NCBI GenBank assembly: GCA_951406725.2
Contig: OX597822.1
Span: 39,246,001 to 39,310,000, forward strand
Source: Octopus vulgaris
Taxonomy: Eukaryota
Direction of reading: 5' to 3'
Length of the DNA stretch: 64,000 nucleotides
In this document: piece by piece, positions 26,872 through 39,510 of the stretch
How positions within the stretch are numbered: position 1 is the first letter of the stretch
Layout of the letters: the number at the start of each line of letters is the position of its first letter
Notes under the pieces: generated by a model
Seen by the model: only the letters and a program-made list of their open reading frames with translations
Database searches by the model: none
What the model was told of the DNA's origin: nothing
Made by a program: the position numbers and the translations under genes

Positions 26872-28138
26872 CAGGGGTTGGACAAAATAATAGAAACACC
26901 TTAAAATTTCAAACAAATTTATTTTTATACGAGGTAGGACCGCCTTTGGCAGTAATTACAGCTTGAAGTCTACAAGGTACGGACTCGTACAAAGTTTGAA
27001 TTGTTTCCAAAGGAATTTTTGTCCATTCTTCAGCTAAAACTGTCTCCAGTTCTTGTAGTGATGATGGTGGAGGATATCGATTCCTTGTTTTTCTAAAATG
27101 CACCATAAATAGTCAATAATATTGAGATCTGGGTATTGTAGTGGCCAGAAAAGATGTTCAACTTCAATAGAATGTTCCACGTGCCATTCAGTAACAACTT
27201 TAGCTGTGTAAATTGGTGCATTATCATCCTGAAAGATTACGTTTCCCTCCGCAAACAGTTCCGCCACCATAGGTTGAATTTGATCAGATAAAATACTTAA
27301 ATAATTTTGACAATTAATTCTGCCAAGAAGGGAAACCATTGGGCGGGCAAATTTCCAAGATATAGCTTCCCTCCCCTAGATCATCACAGATCCTTGTCCA
27401 TATTTAACAGTTAGAAGAAGACAGTCTGGGTCAAATGCATCTTTTGGCTGTCTCCACACGTATACTCGGCCGGTGGTCGGAACAAAGGCAAAGGATGACT
27501 CGTGCGAGAAAATAACAATCTTCCACTACTCTTGGGACCAATTCTGTAGGTTTTTACTCCACTCTAAACGCTTTGCAATGTTTGTTTTTGAAAGTAGTGG
27601 TTTTCTGATTGCAGCCCTCCCGTGAAACCCGGCTTTGTGCAGCTCCCGACGAACAGTTTTTATGGAAACTGGGTTCTCGAGGTGGTCATTACGCTCTGCA
27701 GTAATTTTGGGAGCTGTACTTTTGTTATCCTTTCTAAGAATTCGCGTAAGAGTCCGACGGTCCCTATCTGAAAGTTTTGGTTTTCTTCCGGAGTTTTGTT
27801 TCGACGAGGAGGTTTTCCCCTCTTTCTCAAAGGTTGTCATTACTTTCGAGACAGTACTTCTTGATACAATAATCATTTCGGCTGCTTTCGTTACGGAAGC
27901 GCCTGCCATTCGAGCACCAACAATTTGACCTCTTTGAAAGTCCGATAGATCTGTCATTTTAATGAATTTTATTTACCTTTTTCTCATGATATCTGAAAAG
28001 AAACTGCAATTTTAGCAAAACATATTAAGCAACACTAATAATAAATCAAAAACCATTAAAATAAACAAGCTTTTGACGATTTTATAGATATTTCAAAGTT
28101 ATGATGCTAGGTGTTTCCGTTATATTGTCCGACCCCTG
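26872..28138 (-). mobile_element. Full-length Tc1-like transposon with disrupted transposase
   Basis: TIRs CAGGGGTTGGACAAAATAATAGAAACACC / GGTGTTTCCGTTATATTGTCCGACCCCTG with TA TSDs; ORF pieces 27957-27526 (paired-like HTH, GRKPKLS), 27339-27034 (FQDDNAPIY..WPLQYPDLNII) and 27106-26909 (AKGGPT). Confidence 0.95.
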
Positions 28139-28139
28139 T

Positions 28140-28217
<78 letters not shown>

Positions 28218-28219
28218 TT

Positions 28220-28541
28220 GAAGGCGCGTGGCTTAGTGGTTAGGGCATTCGGCTCGCGATCGTAAGATCATGAGTTCAATTCCCGGCGACGCGCTGTGTC
28301 CTTGAGCAAGACACTTTATTTCACATTGCTGCCGTCCGCTCAGCTGGCAAAAATGAGTATTACTTGTGTTTTAAAGAGCCAGCCTTGTCAAATTCTGTGT
28401 CACGCTGAATCTCCCTGGGAACTACGTTAAGGGTACACGTGACTGTGGAGTGCTCGGCCACTTGCACATTAATTTCACAAGCAAGCTGTTCCGTTGATTG
28501 TATCAGCTGGGACCCTCGTCGTCGTAACCAACGGAGTGTTC
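28220..28541 (+). mobile_element. SINE family B (tRNA head, CORE-like, shared tail)
   Basis: GGCGCGTGGCTTAGTGG (A box)...GAGTTCAATTCC (B box), GTGTCCTTGAGCAAGACACTT, tail CGTCGTCGTAACC. Confidence 0.9.
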
Positions 28542-28542
28542 C

Positions 28543-28602
<60 letters not shown>

Positions 28603-28799
28603 CGTTTGTGTGCGCGCGCGCGCGTGTGTGTATGTGTGTGCATATATATATGCATATATATACATGAATGTATATATATATGTATACATAAATGTGTATA
28701 TACATGTATAAGTGTGTGTGTGTGTGTGTGTGTTAGTAATTTTAATGTGTAGTTTTTTTGAACCCAGAACAATGCAAATTTACAAAAACAAAACAAATT

Positions 28800-29420
28800 G
28801 ACAGTTTTACTTGATATTTCACAACTTCAGGGTTAGGACCCCTTCCTCTGGAAATCTATGGAGAAAGGTTGTCCTCTGGAAATCTATGGAGAAAAGTTGT
28901 CCTCTGTCCCTTAGAGGGCGTGTATTTGATATGCGTTGCTATAGCAACCAACCGGCTGCGTGCAGTTCTGACCTGTTACTAATTCGTAGTGTGTATTTCG
29001 TAATTAAAAGAGATTTTATTCTCAAGTTTCCAATTTTTCTGTCTGTAGCTTCTAGGGAAGCTTGGATGTCTTGGGTGTGGCATTTCTCTAGATGTCTTTT
29101 GGCGCAGTAATCATTAGCATTGAGGTGTTCTTTAGTCCGTATATATAATTGTTTGGCGGTACTTCCTTTATGCTAATGCTTCTTGCGTCAAAAATCATCT
29201 ACAGAAATGCCCCACCCAGGGAACTTGAGAATAAAAGAAGCTCTTTTAATTAAAAATACACAGCACTATTAATAACACAGTAGAATTTCTCGCGATGGAT
29301 TGGTTAATATAACGATCCGTATCTAACATACTCATGCACACTACACGACTCAGTGAATACCAACTTTTCTGCAAAGATTTCCCGAAACTGAAACACTGAA
29401 ATAATAAAGATAAAACTATC
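28800..29420. mobile_element. Penelope-like GIY-YIG endonuclease 3' remnants in inverted (head-to-head) arrangement
   Basis: Minus 29166-28939: GSTAKQLYIRTKEHLNAND..KRHLEKC..NLRIKSLLI..ISNRSEL; plus from about 29175: NASCVKNHLQKC..NLRIKEALLI. Confidence 0.8.
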
Positions 29421-29525
29421 AATCTGCTTTTATTTGTATAAATTGCATTGCTTTTGGCTGAAAAAAATTATAGACATATATATATATATATATATATGAG
29501 ATAAAGTTTTGTGAAATCTATACAG

Positions 29526-29624
<99 letters not shown>

Positions 29625-29704
29625 TGATGGTTTAATAAAGTATTGATTGGGTATTATCTGATGGTTGATGATTGATTTAGGTATGTTTCTCCATTTTCTC
29701 ATTT

Positions 29705-29867
<163 letters not shown>

Positions 29868-29868
29868 A

Positions 29869-30248
29869 AGCACTCCGTCGGCTACGACGACTAGGGTTCC
29901 GGTTGATCCGAATCAACGGAACTGCCTGCTCGTGAAATTAACGTGTAAGTGGCTGAGCACTCCACAGACACGTGTACCCTTAACGTACTTCTCGGGGATA
30001 TTCAGCGTGACACAGAGAGTGACAAGGCTGGCCCTTTGAAATACAGGTACAACTGAAACAGGAAGTAAGAGTGAGAGAAAGTTGTGGTGAAAGAGTACAG
30101 CAGGGATCACCACCATCCCCTGCCGGAGCTGCGTGGAGCTTTTAGGTGTTTTCCCTCAATAAACACTCACAACGCCCGGTCTGGGAATCGAAACCGCGAT
30201 CCTATGACCGCGAGTCCGCTGCCCTAACCACTGGGCCATTGCGCCTCC
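29869..30248 (-). mobile_element. SINE family A (tRNA-Arg-like head)
   Basis: Near-identical reverse complement of 57204-57585. Confidence 0.92.
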
Positions 30249-30299
30249 AAATATATATATATATACATACACACACACACACATACATTTTTTCTCATC

Positions 30300-30840
30300 A
30301 TTTTTTTCTCGCCCTTCCTTAATCCCTCTGCCTCTACCTCTCTCTCCCCGCGTGACCCATGTTCGGCCAAGCCTGACCTTTCTTTCTTGGTTCGACTATC
30401 ATACGTGCAACATCTATATTCCTCCCTCTGCCTGTCAAATCTTATGTCCCTGCCGTAAGTCTTTACTTCCACACACGCCAGCTTAATTTAATTCATCCTT
30501 AGTCGAAAGACACCCATTGTTAATGTCCTTTTATTTGTATTTGTGTACCGTTTCTCCGTTTTTTTCCCGTCCTTGTTTTCGTATACATTCGCTGTTTTCT
30601 TCCAAGGAATCTAATGCTCTTAGCTTAGTTTTTTTCCTTGGGACTGGCCAGATTGGAGCAATCTCGAGTATAACCAGCCGAAAATGCAAAGATAATCTGG
30701 AATTCGATTGAGGAAAGAAAACTCCGAATGACCCGTCCTTGTTTCCTTTGTATCGTGTGTCTGGATGTTTTGTTGTTCCTTTTTTGTATCACGTAGCTGT
30801 CTGAATGTTTTGCGTTCTTGTCTGTCCCATTTTTGTATTT
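30300..30840 (+). repeat. PLE pseudo-LTR-like repeat
   Basis: 30687-30840 is homologous to the reverse complement of 22405-22524 (CGAAT.ACCCGTCC..TTTGTATC..AATGTTTTGCGTTCTTGTC); family assignment is inferred. Confidence 0.5.
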
Positions 30841-30855
30841 TATATATATATATAT

Positions 30856-31492
30856 GCCCGGTGGACAACTGCCCGACGGCGGACAACTGCTCGACGAATA
30901 ATTGCCTGATAGGGACAACTGCCCGATAGATATCTGCCCGACAGACACTTTCACTTTATCATTATCTGTCATTCCTTTCACTTTATCTGTCATTTGGGCG
31001 AATATTTCTGTACTAAAAAATTGAATTTTTCCTCAGTTAGCTGAAGTAAAGAACCACCAGGTGTCGAAAGGCCTATGGCTTTTGTGCCAGCAGACAATGT
31101 AACAGGACTTGAGCAATTACAAGAAAATTTGTGCTATGAAGCAGACCTAATTATTGATTACTTTGAAGATGCTTATATCGGTAGAATACGTCAGCGTAAC
31201 AGAGGCCACCCACTCTTTCCTATTTGTATGACCGCGTATGCAACGATTTACCACGAACAATTAATTCCTTGGAGGGATGGTATAACCATTTACAGTCGAA
31301 TATAACGTCGAGTCATCCAAGTATCTGGCGTTTTCTTCAAGCATTGAAGACGGAGCAAGCTCTTAACGACACGATTATCGACCAAACGTTGACAGGACAT
31401 CAGCCTTCATCCAGAAAGAAAAAAATACCAAGATATAACGAAAACAATTGCAATTGTCCGTCGGACTCTTGTCAGTCGGGCAGTTGTCCGGA

Positions 31493-31496
<4 letters not shown>
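30856..31496 (+). mobile_element. Internally deleted Mutator-like element (MULE)
   Basis: Terminal GGACAACTGCCCGAC arrays with the inverted GTCGGGCAGTTGTCC at the right end; transposase C-terminus AFVP..DYFEDAYIG..LPRTINSLEGWY..HPSIWRFLQALKTEQ, frameshifted. Confidence 0.85.
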
Positions 31497-31559
<63 letters not shown>

Positions 31560-32104
31560 ATTATATAGTTAATCCAAACATGAAAACACAAAGAGAAAAC
31601 ACAACAACATTTCTCCTGGTGTGCTAACGATTCTGCAAGCTCGCCGCCTTATTTATAGTAATGTTACGTGAATATTTCACTGAATTAATGGTAAACTTAT
31701 TGGGTTATTTTTTGAAAACTTTATCCAAAGAATCTGAAAGCGTAGCTTGTGTTGTGTCTGTATCAAAAGATAGTCGCTCATCTCCTACTCACTGAAAAGT
31801 GAACTAAATTGGAATACGATGATTACTTAATGCGTTTATATATACAGTTGATATACTTTATGCACAATTTTATAGACTTAATACACAGTGCTCTCCCTCT
31901 TTTTCTCTCACTTTTCGCCTTACCCTCTTTTTCTCTCCTTTTTCTTTCGCTCTTCGCCTCTCTCTTCAACTAATTAAGTGAAGGCGTTATAAACGAGCTA
32001 GTAATGGAGGGATAAAACTTAGTTAAAATTACATATTTCACTCACCACCCCCTCTAACTAACCAAAAGTAAGTTTGTTCGTCATCACTGCTTACTTCTGA
32101 CACT

Positions 32105-32160
<56 letters not shown>

Positions 32161-32187
32161 ACATGTGACGTAATATTTATTCAAAAT

Positions 32188-32842
32188 AAGGCGGCGAGCT
32201 GGCAGAAACGTTAGCACGCCGGGCGATATGCTGAACTGTATTTCGTCTGCCGCTTGTGAGTAGTAAAGAAAAAGGTATTTTCGTCCGTTTCTACGTTCTG
32301 AGTTCAAATTCCGCCAAGGTCGACTTTGCCTTTTATCCTTTCAGGGTCGATTAAATAAGTACCAGTTACGCCCTGGGGTCGATGTAACCGACTTAATCCC
32401 TTTGTCTGTCCTTGTTTGTTCCCTCTATGTTTAGCCCCCTTGTGGGCAATAAAGAAATAAATATTTATTCAAAATAAGGCGGTGAGCTGGCAGAAACGTT
32501 AGCATGCCGGGCGAAATGCTTTGTGGTATTTCGTCTACCGCTGCGTTCTGAGTTCAAATTCCGCCGAGGTCGACTTTGCCTTTCATCCTTTCGGAGTCGA
32601 TGTAATCGACTTAATCCGTTTGTCCGTCCATGTTTGTCCCCTCTGTGTTTGGCCCCTTGTGGGTAGTAAAGAAATATGTAATTTCGTCTGTCTTTACATT
32701 CTGAGTTCAAATTTCGCCGAGGTCAACTTTACCTTTCAGCCTTCCGGTGTCGATAAATTAAGTACCAGTTGCGGACTGAGGTCGATCTAGTCGACTGGCC
32801 CCTATCCCAAAATTTCGGGTCTTGTTTCTACAGTAGAAAAGA
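32188..32842 (+). mobile_element. Tandem array of family D (Meta-like) SINE units
   Basis: AAGGCGGCGAGCTGGCAGAAACGTTAGCA head occurs twice, plus internal restarts at GTATTTCGTC. Confidence 0.88.
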
Positions 32843-33245
32843 ATATTTATTCAAAATGGTTAACACATACACACACTTACACGTACACACACATATATAT
32901 ATTTATGCATGTGTGCATGTGTGTGTATGTGTGTTGTAGTCTAGACTTATACACAGAACTCTCCTTCTTTCTCTCTCTCTCTTCACCTTACCCTCTTTCT
33001 CTCTCCTTTTTCTTTTGCTCTTCGTCTTTCCTTTCAACTAACCACGTCTCGGTCCCTTGACTGAGCAGTGTGCTCTGTCCTTGAAATGACTACCAGTCCA
33101 GTCCTTGTGTCACCCCCACCTTTCTCACTCTCTCTGCCTCTCCCGCTCTTCAGCTCTTGCATCCTGGATGATGCGATCGGTCGAGACTGTGATGTTTCTT
33201 TGAATGAGCACGTCCATGTAAATGTTTATTCATGACCATTATACT

Positions 33246-33400
33246 TGCAGGAGTGGCTGTGTGGTAAGTAGGTTGCTTCCCAACTACATGGTTCCGGGTT
33301 CCGTCTCACTGCGTGGTACCTTGGGCAACTGTCTTCTACTATAGCCTCGGGTCGACCAAAGCCTTGTGAGTGGATTTGGTAGACGGAAACTGGAATAAGC

Positions 33401-33442
<42 letters not shown>

Positions 33443-33497
33443 TTAATGTATGTATGTATGTATGTGTGTGTGTATATGTTTGTGTGTCTGTGTTTGT

Positions 33498-33545
<48 letters not shown>

Positions 33546-33795
33546 AAATATTTATATATATATATGTTTGTGTGTGTATATGATTGTGTGCCTGTTTGTG
33601 CCCCCACTCCCAACATCACTTGACAATCGATGTTGGTGTGTTTACATCACCGTAACCTAGTGGTTCGGCAAAAGAGACCGATAGGATAAGTGCTAGGCTT
33701 ACAATGAATAATTCCTGGGGTCGATTTGCTCGACTAAAGGCGGTGCTCCAGCATGGCCGCAGTTAAATGACTGAAACGAATAAACGAATAAAAGA
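33246..33795 (+). mobile_element. Full-length SINE family C with internal (TA)n/(TG)n
   Basis: GCAGGAGTGGCTGTGTGGTAAG head, GGTACCTTGGGCAAC, internal microsatellite, 3' half ending AAATGACTGAAAC. Confidence 0.9.
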
Positions 33796-33856
33796 ATCTG
33801 TGTAGGTATTCTATTTTTTAAGCAAAAAACACAAGTGGGACAACTTTTAACAAAGG

Positions 33857-33912
<56 letters not shown>

Positions 33913-35029
33913 GCATAACAAATCCTTTCATCCTTTCGGGGTCGATAATTATGTACTGTTGAAACATTGGGGTCGATGTAATCTGGTCCTCTCCCTCAAA
34001 ATTTCAGGCCTTGTGCATATAGTAGAAAGGATTATGAGTATAACGATCGAAAGGGAAAAGAAAAGATCTGTAACGTTTCGGACACTAGCCTTTCAGCAGA
34101 AAAATAAAAAATAAAGAGAAAAGGTGGTGAAAAAAACAAAAAGAAGAAGGAGATGGGTGGAGTGAAGAAGGGAGGAAGAGACCAGGTGTTGTGTAAATGT
34201 ATGAAATGGTATCCGTCTAGGGAGATGAGGATAAAAGGAGGCGTTCGAGCGGCTTAGGGTGCAGGTGGTTGCAAAGGGTGTATGGAGGTATGCAAAAGTC
34301 GGATAAAATGTGTGGATAAGGAAGGTGAATAGGTGTGAATATGATATAGGTGGAGGGAGGCACGAGAAAAAGAAAAAATGTAAGAGAAACTGCGAAGAAA
34401 ACAGTATAATTGACGAGAAAAAATATTCCCTGATATTTTGACTCTATACATATTTAATTACGCTCTTCATAAGTTGTTTACTTTTTTCTATATGAAGCTG
34501 TAAACCCCCTGCAGATAGAAGGTGGAATAAGCGATCCCTGACGAGTTTCTAATCATAGACGAATATAGCCAAAATAAAACCATTTTGATGCTGACGAGGA
34601 TCCTGTAGTTTATCTATGGTTTCTGTTTTCACAGCGAGACGAAAGTCATTAAATGTTTAAGTATCCCGTATAAAGTTTCTGTAAACACATGTATACATAT
34701 GCAAGTATCCATGCATGCATGCATGCATGCATGTATGTATGTATGTATGTATGTATGTATGTATGTATGTATGTATGTATGTATGTTGTTGTTTGCTTTC
34801 ATCTCTAAATAGAGAAAGAGCTGATTTCTAAATTAGATCCAAGGTTCCTTCATTGGAATTTCAACATCAACAGAGTGGTTGTGCATGTATGCGTATAACA
34901 TGTGCACGATGCGTGTAATATGTGCAAATATTTAGAGTCAGTGCGTGTGCACATCTGTATGATTTCTTTTATATACGTATACTCATACACATGGTTGCAT
35001 GCATAGACAAGTGCATATGCTAAATTTAT

Positions 35030-35995
35030 ACGCTAAACTTTTGAAAAGTTTTACATATTTTGACAGTTCCATAAATGGCTTGTATCTGTAAGCTTTCACC
35101 TTTCTGGCTTTGAGAACTCTAATTTCTCAACAGTTGGTTGCGTATCTTAGTGCTCAAATAATCACAAGTTTAAATCTGAACTTGTAAACCGAATGGAATG
35201 GCTGTAAGTTACTCAATAGTCTAGTGTAAGGTGTTTACATTTCCGTTGACATCTGTTGCGCAACTGACTTCCAATACTTTGCGTAGTCTTCCTTATTTTT
35301 CTTAAATTACAATATCTGGTCTGTTATGTTTGCATTTTATTGGGATTTTTACAGGGATATTCCACCAGTACTCTCTCGTATTTTGAATGGTTATGGTTCT
35401 TATATACCTCCCTATATTGGTCTCAGGATTGCCTTCGTAGAGTATTTTGGCCAAAACATAATGTCTGATCGGTAGATAATAAAGTGATGATATCTTTGGG
35501 CAACTGCTTATGATGTAGATGATATCTTCAGTATTAACTCCATAATGGCTGTAGAGGTTATCACATATCGGTATTTTTGTATATGCATTTGAGGTTATCA
35601 GACAGAGAATATAGCTCGAGGAGTTGCTTTCCAAGTCTTACGATACTATCTGCCTTGTGTATACCAAGTTGGTCAGGGGATGTACTTCGACACTTGGTAT
35701 TTAAAAGAAGTTGACAATGGGGGTATGATATGGAACTCAAAAGCCGTCTGGATCGATGTTAAGCCCCTGCCTCCTTGATTTCGTTTTAGGTAGAAGCGGT
35801 CTATGCCACCCATTGGTGTGAAGATTGTTTGTGCTGGTCAATATCTTTTGAGTGTTCTCATCTATGGTTCGGATCTTGTCATGCGCCAAATGAAGTAGCC
35901 GAAATGTTTGATGGGCACTGGTTCAGCAAGCACATTGTGGGCCAGTGTTTTATTGTATTTTTTCCTTATCCGACTGTTATATCCCTTACTGAAGC
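35030..35995 (-). mobile_element. Degraded Dong/R4-like LINE 3' portion
   Basis: EDIIYIISSCPKI..YLPIRHYVLAK..YWWNIP..KHNRPDIVI (CCHC/RLE region); upstream IDRFYLKRNQGGRGL. Confidence 0.85.
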
Positions 35996-36092
35996 GTATG
36001 TATGAATGTATGTATGTTTGTACATATTTATGTTTGCTTGCATGTATATATATATATATGTATTTGAATATATATATATATATATATATATG

Positions 36093-36190
<98 letters not shown>

Positions 36191-36605
36191 TGTGTTTGTG
36201 CATCATATATATTACATGCATACAACCATACACTCACACATGGATATATATTCATACACATACCTACACAGACAATCTCTAAATAGTAGTGCTTTGCACT
36301 TGTAATGTCGCGTTTATTTCCTCATTAATTATGTTCACTCAGTAATACAAATTATTACCATATCCTCATTATGCTACGAAATGTTAATTACTTCTTAATT
36401 ATAACAAACTACTAAAATATAATACTTTGGGCGATGTTTATTAAGAGGGTCGAAATGAAGTTAAATTTACGCAATTCTTTGTCGATTAATGCACTTGAAA
36501 TTGCTTATATACTGTATCAAATAACATATACACGCGGGCACATATGCACATTTAAATTCGTATGTTATATATATATATATAACATATGCACATTTAAATT
36601 CATGT

Positions 36606-36694
<89 letters not shown>

Positions 36695-37010
36695 ATATAT
36701 ATAACATGAATTTAAATGTACATAGATATATAAAAGTAAGCAAAGTTAACGGTGATAGTAACCGACCAAGGGATAAGATATCAGTATTTACTATCGGTAT
36801 CAGTTACCTGTGTTATCTATGGGCATGGGTATACAGGCACACTATGTTCGTAGGGTACAGGTAACAACAGAATAAACAAAAGTTTATCAGGAATCAAATT
36901 TAGATAATCAGAAAATGGAGAAAACTTTAGATCAATAAACAAATCAACTGCACCACATCTATAGATTATTTTTTAATACAAAGATGATATAACATTTATG
37001 TGACATAGCA

Positions 37011-37124
37011 ATTCTTACGGCCGTTTCTGCTTCCGATGTCAGTCGCTGCCTATGAAAGAACTGCGAAAATAATATTCTTCATCGTCATATTCGAACTAGT
37101 ACATGGAGCTTCATCAGAGTGAAT
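37011..37124 (-). ncRNA. Type I hammerhead ribozyme motif with long stem II, in a PLE-type repeat
   Basis: CT-CTGATGA-[about 80-nt imperfect hairpin gctccatgt..acatcggaagc]-GAAA-CGGCCG-TA-AG; palindromic stem III ACGGCCGT; GUA cleavage triplet. Confidence 0.75.
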
Positions 37125-37430
37125 ACAAAAGCGTCCGAAAAATAAACAAAAGGAGAGGGAATAGGAAATAAAACATGGCCTAGAGAAGCCAAGAAGCCTA
37201 ACATATTAAAATCATACCATCTTCCATCGTAGGGATTCGAAGTCAGTAGGTAAAAAATAAAAAAAATTATCTACAGACGTGGCTCAATTGATTTGTTTTC
37301 TCCATTTTCTGATTATATATATATATATATATATATCTATATATATCTATATATATATATGTACAGTAATCTCTCGACTATTGCGGGTGTTACGTTCCAA
37401 AACACCCAGCGGTAGGTGTTTTATAATTTG

Positions 37431-37672
37431 TATGGTCTTACCACTAAGAAATGTTCTCAAGAAAAATTTAGCAAAACAACCAAAACGTAATTGAGCAAGA
37501 CAAAAAAAATTATCTACAGACATTTATGTAAGTAAAATTACGTAATATGTTAATAGTGAAACATGTATGCGAATAATCCATATTTTTATTGCTTTTTTTT
37601 TGTCTTGCTCAATTACGTTTTGGTTGTTTTGCTAAATTTTTCTTGAGACCATTTTTTAGTGGTAAAACCATA
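37431..37672. repeat. Inverted repeat with arms of about 80 bp
   Basis: CTCAAGAAAAATTTAGCAAAACAACCAAAACGTAATTGAGCAAGACAAAAAAAA and its reverse complement at 37593-37648. Confidence 0.9.
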
Positions 37673-37879
37673 GCGGATCTATTTCTAGCATAAGGGCGTC
37701 CACATAGTGGTTTGCTTCTAATATATATATATATAATACAAAAATTTCAGAACGCAAGATTTTTCAAATCATTCTTGGTTGTGTTCTTTCTTGTTTGTTC
37801 AGCTCCATCTTCTGAAGCCATATTAAACAACTGAAAGTAGACCTCTTTTGCTCCTTTGTCCGTCAGTTAGAACCTCATT

Positions 37880-38280
37880 TTTTTTTACTTGTTTCAGCCC
37901 TCCTGGACCACCACATTGATGAATTTTTAGTTGCATGAACCGACCGATATACTTCTTTTTAGAGCTTATTCTATCGGTCTCTTTTGCCGAACCGCTAGAT
38001 TACGGTGACGTAAACAAACCAACAGCAGTTGTCAAGCGGTAGTGGGACACACATGCACACACACACGCACGCGCGTACACACACACACACACACACACAG
38101 GCACACATATTCATATACAAACGGGCTTCTTTCAGTTTCTGTCGACCAAATCCACTCACAAGGGCTTGGTCGGCCCGAGGCTCTAGTAGAAGAGACTTGT
38201 CCAAGATGCCACATAATGGGACTGAACTCGGAATCATGGAGTTGGAGAACAAACTTCTTCCCAGACGGCTACGCCTGCGT
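37880..38280 (-). mobile_element. SINE family C
   Basis: Reverse-complement match to the family C sequence. Confidence 0.85.
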
Positions 38281-38984
38281 CTGGGATCAACTTGCCTTGC
38301 AACTTGAAAAAGGGTTCAGCAAGTATACTAACATTTCTCAACACAACAGAATCAAGCAAGTTTGATTCCTTGTTTGAGCTCACATTTAATTCAATATAGG
38401 ATGTTCTTCAAAACGTGATCGTTTGTGTTAGCATACTTCCCAAACCGAGAGGTAAAGTATGTTACAATAATTTCATCTGTTCGATCAATTTTCTCTGATA
38501 CAGTTTGCAAATATTAGCGTTATTAATCGTAAGTGAAGCTATTTCTAAATTAACAGTTATAGTATTTCCAAACAATAAGATAACAACTATTTGCTATTAA
38601 TTGGATTATATCACGGAAGATGCAAAATAAGTCTCATATTTTCAGCAAAGTAAAATTTATATTTATGGGATGTCCAATGACTATGCCGTTAAACGAACCT
38701 TTATGACTATTTATAGTGCATGATCAGGTATTGTTGTATACCACCGAAATTAGCTTTTCTTTTAATAAAAATGCATCAAGCTGAAAATGCAGTGAATAAA
38801 ATAAGTTGGAAAAGTAACGTAAAATTTGTTTTCTTCTAGACCACTCGACCTCTTGTCACGACACGAATAGCAAGGAAACGCAAATTTTAAAAACAAAAAT
38901 TCAAGCTCCTATCAATCACATATATACATACATATACACATACATACATATATACATTCATGCATACATGCATGCAGGCACACA

Positions 38985-39029
<45 letters not shown>

Positions 39030-39149
39030 CTATATATTATAAATCAATTTACACGAGCAAAAAGAGTGGACTTAATATAAGCAAGCGAAAAAATTTAAAG
39101 TATCAGAATTAGAATGAGTAACTGGATCCAATGCACAAATATATACTTT

Positions 39150-39510
39150 CTGAATGTAATGCGGGGGTGATAATATATAAAACAAAAATCAACTACACTA
39201 AATAGATCATACCATAGAGTGTGACAACAACATGGTAGAAGGTAAGTTTAAACAACGTTACATCAACAACACATCATCATCTAGATATACAAAAAAGATA
39301 AATGAAATAAATAGTATCGAATTATATTTGTCATCTACCAGAGCATGATATTGACGTTGCAAATCAAGTCGAATATTCTAGAGATGCAAACCTATACACC
39401 ATTGAATCAAAACATGCAATCTATGTACAACGGAAAAGAAATAAATGTACAATAATATCAATCATTCTGTGAATTATCTTTATTTAGATCCTTAAATGTT
39501 GCCACCTCGA
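39150..39510 (+). pseudogene. Ancient Penelope-like GIY-YIG endonuclease remnant
   Basis: Frameshifted pieces CNAGVIIYKTKI..VEGKFKQRYINNTSS..KTCNLCTTEKK match the pattern of PLE endonuclease C-termini. Confidence 0.65.
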
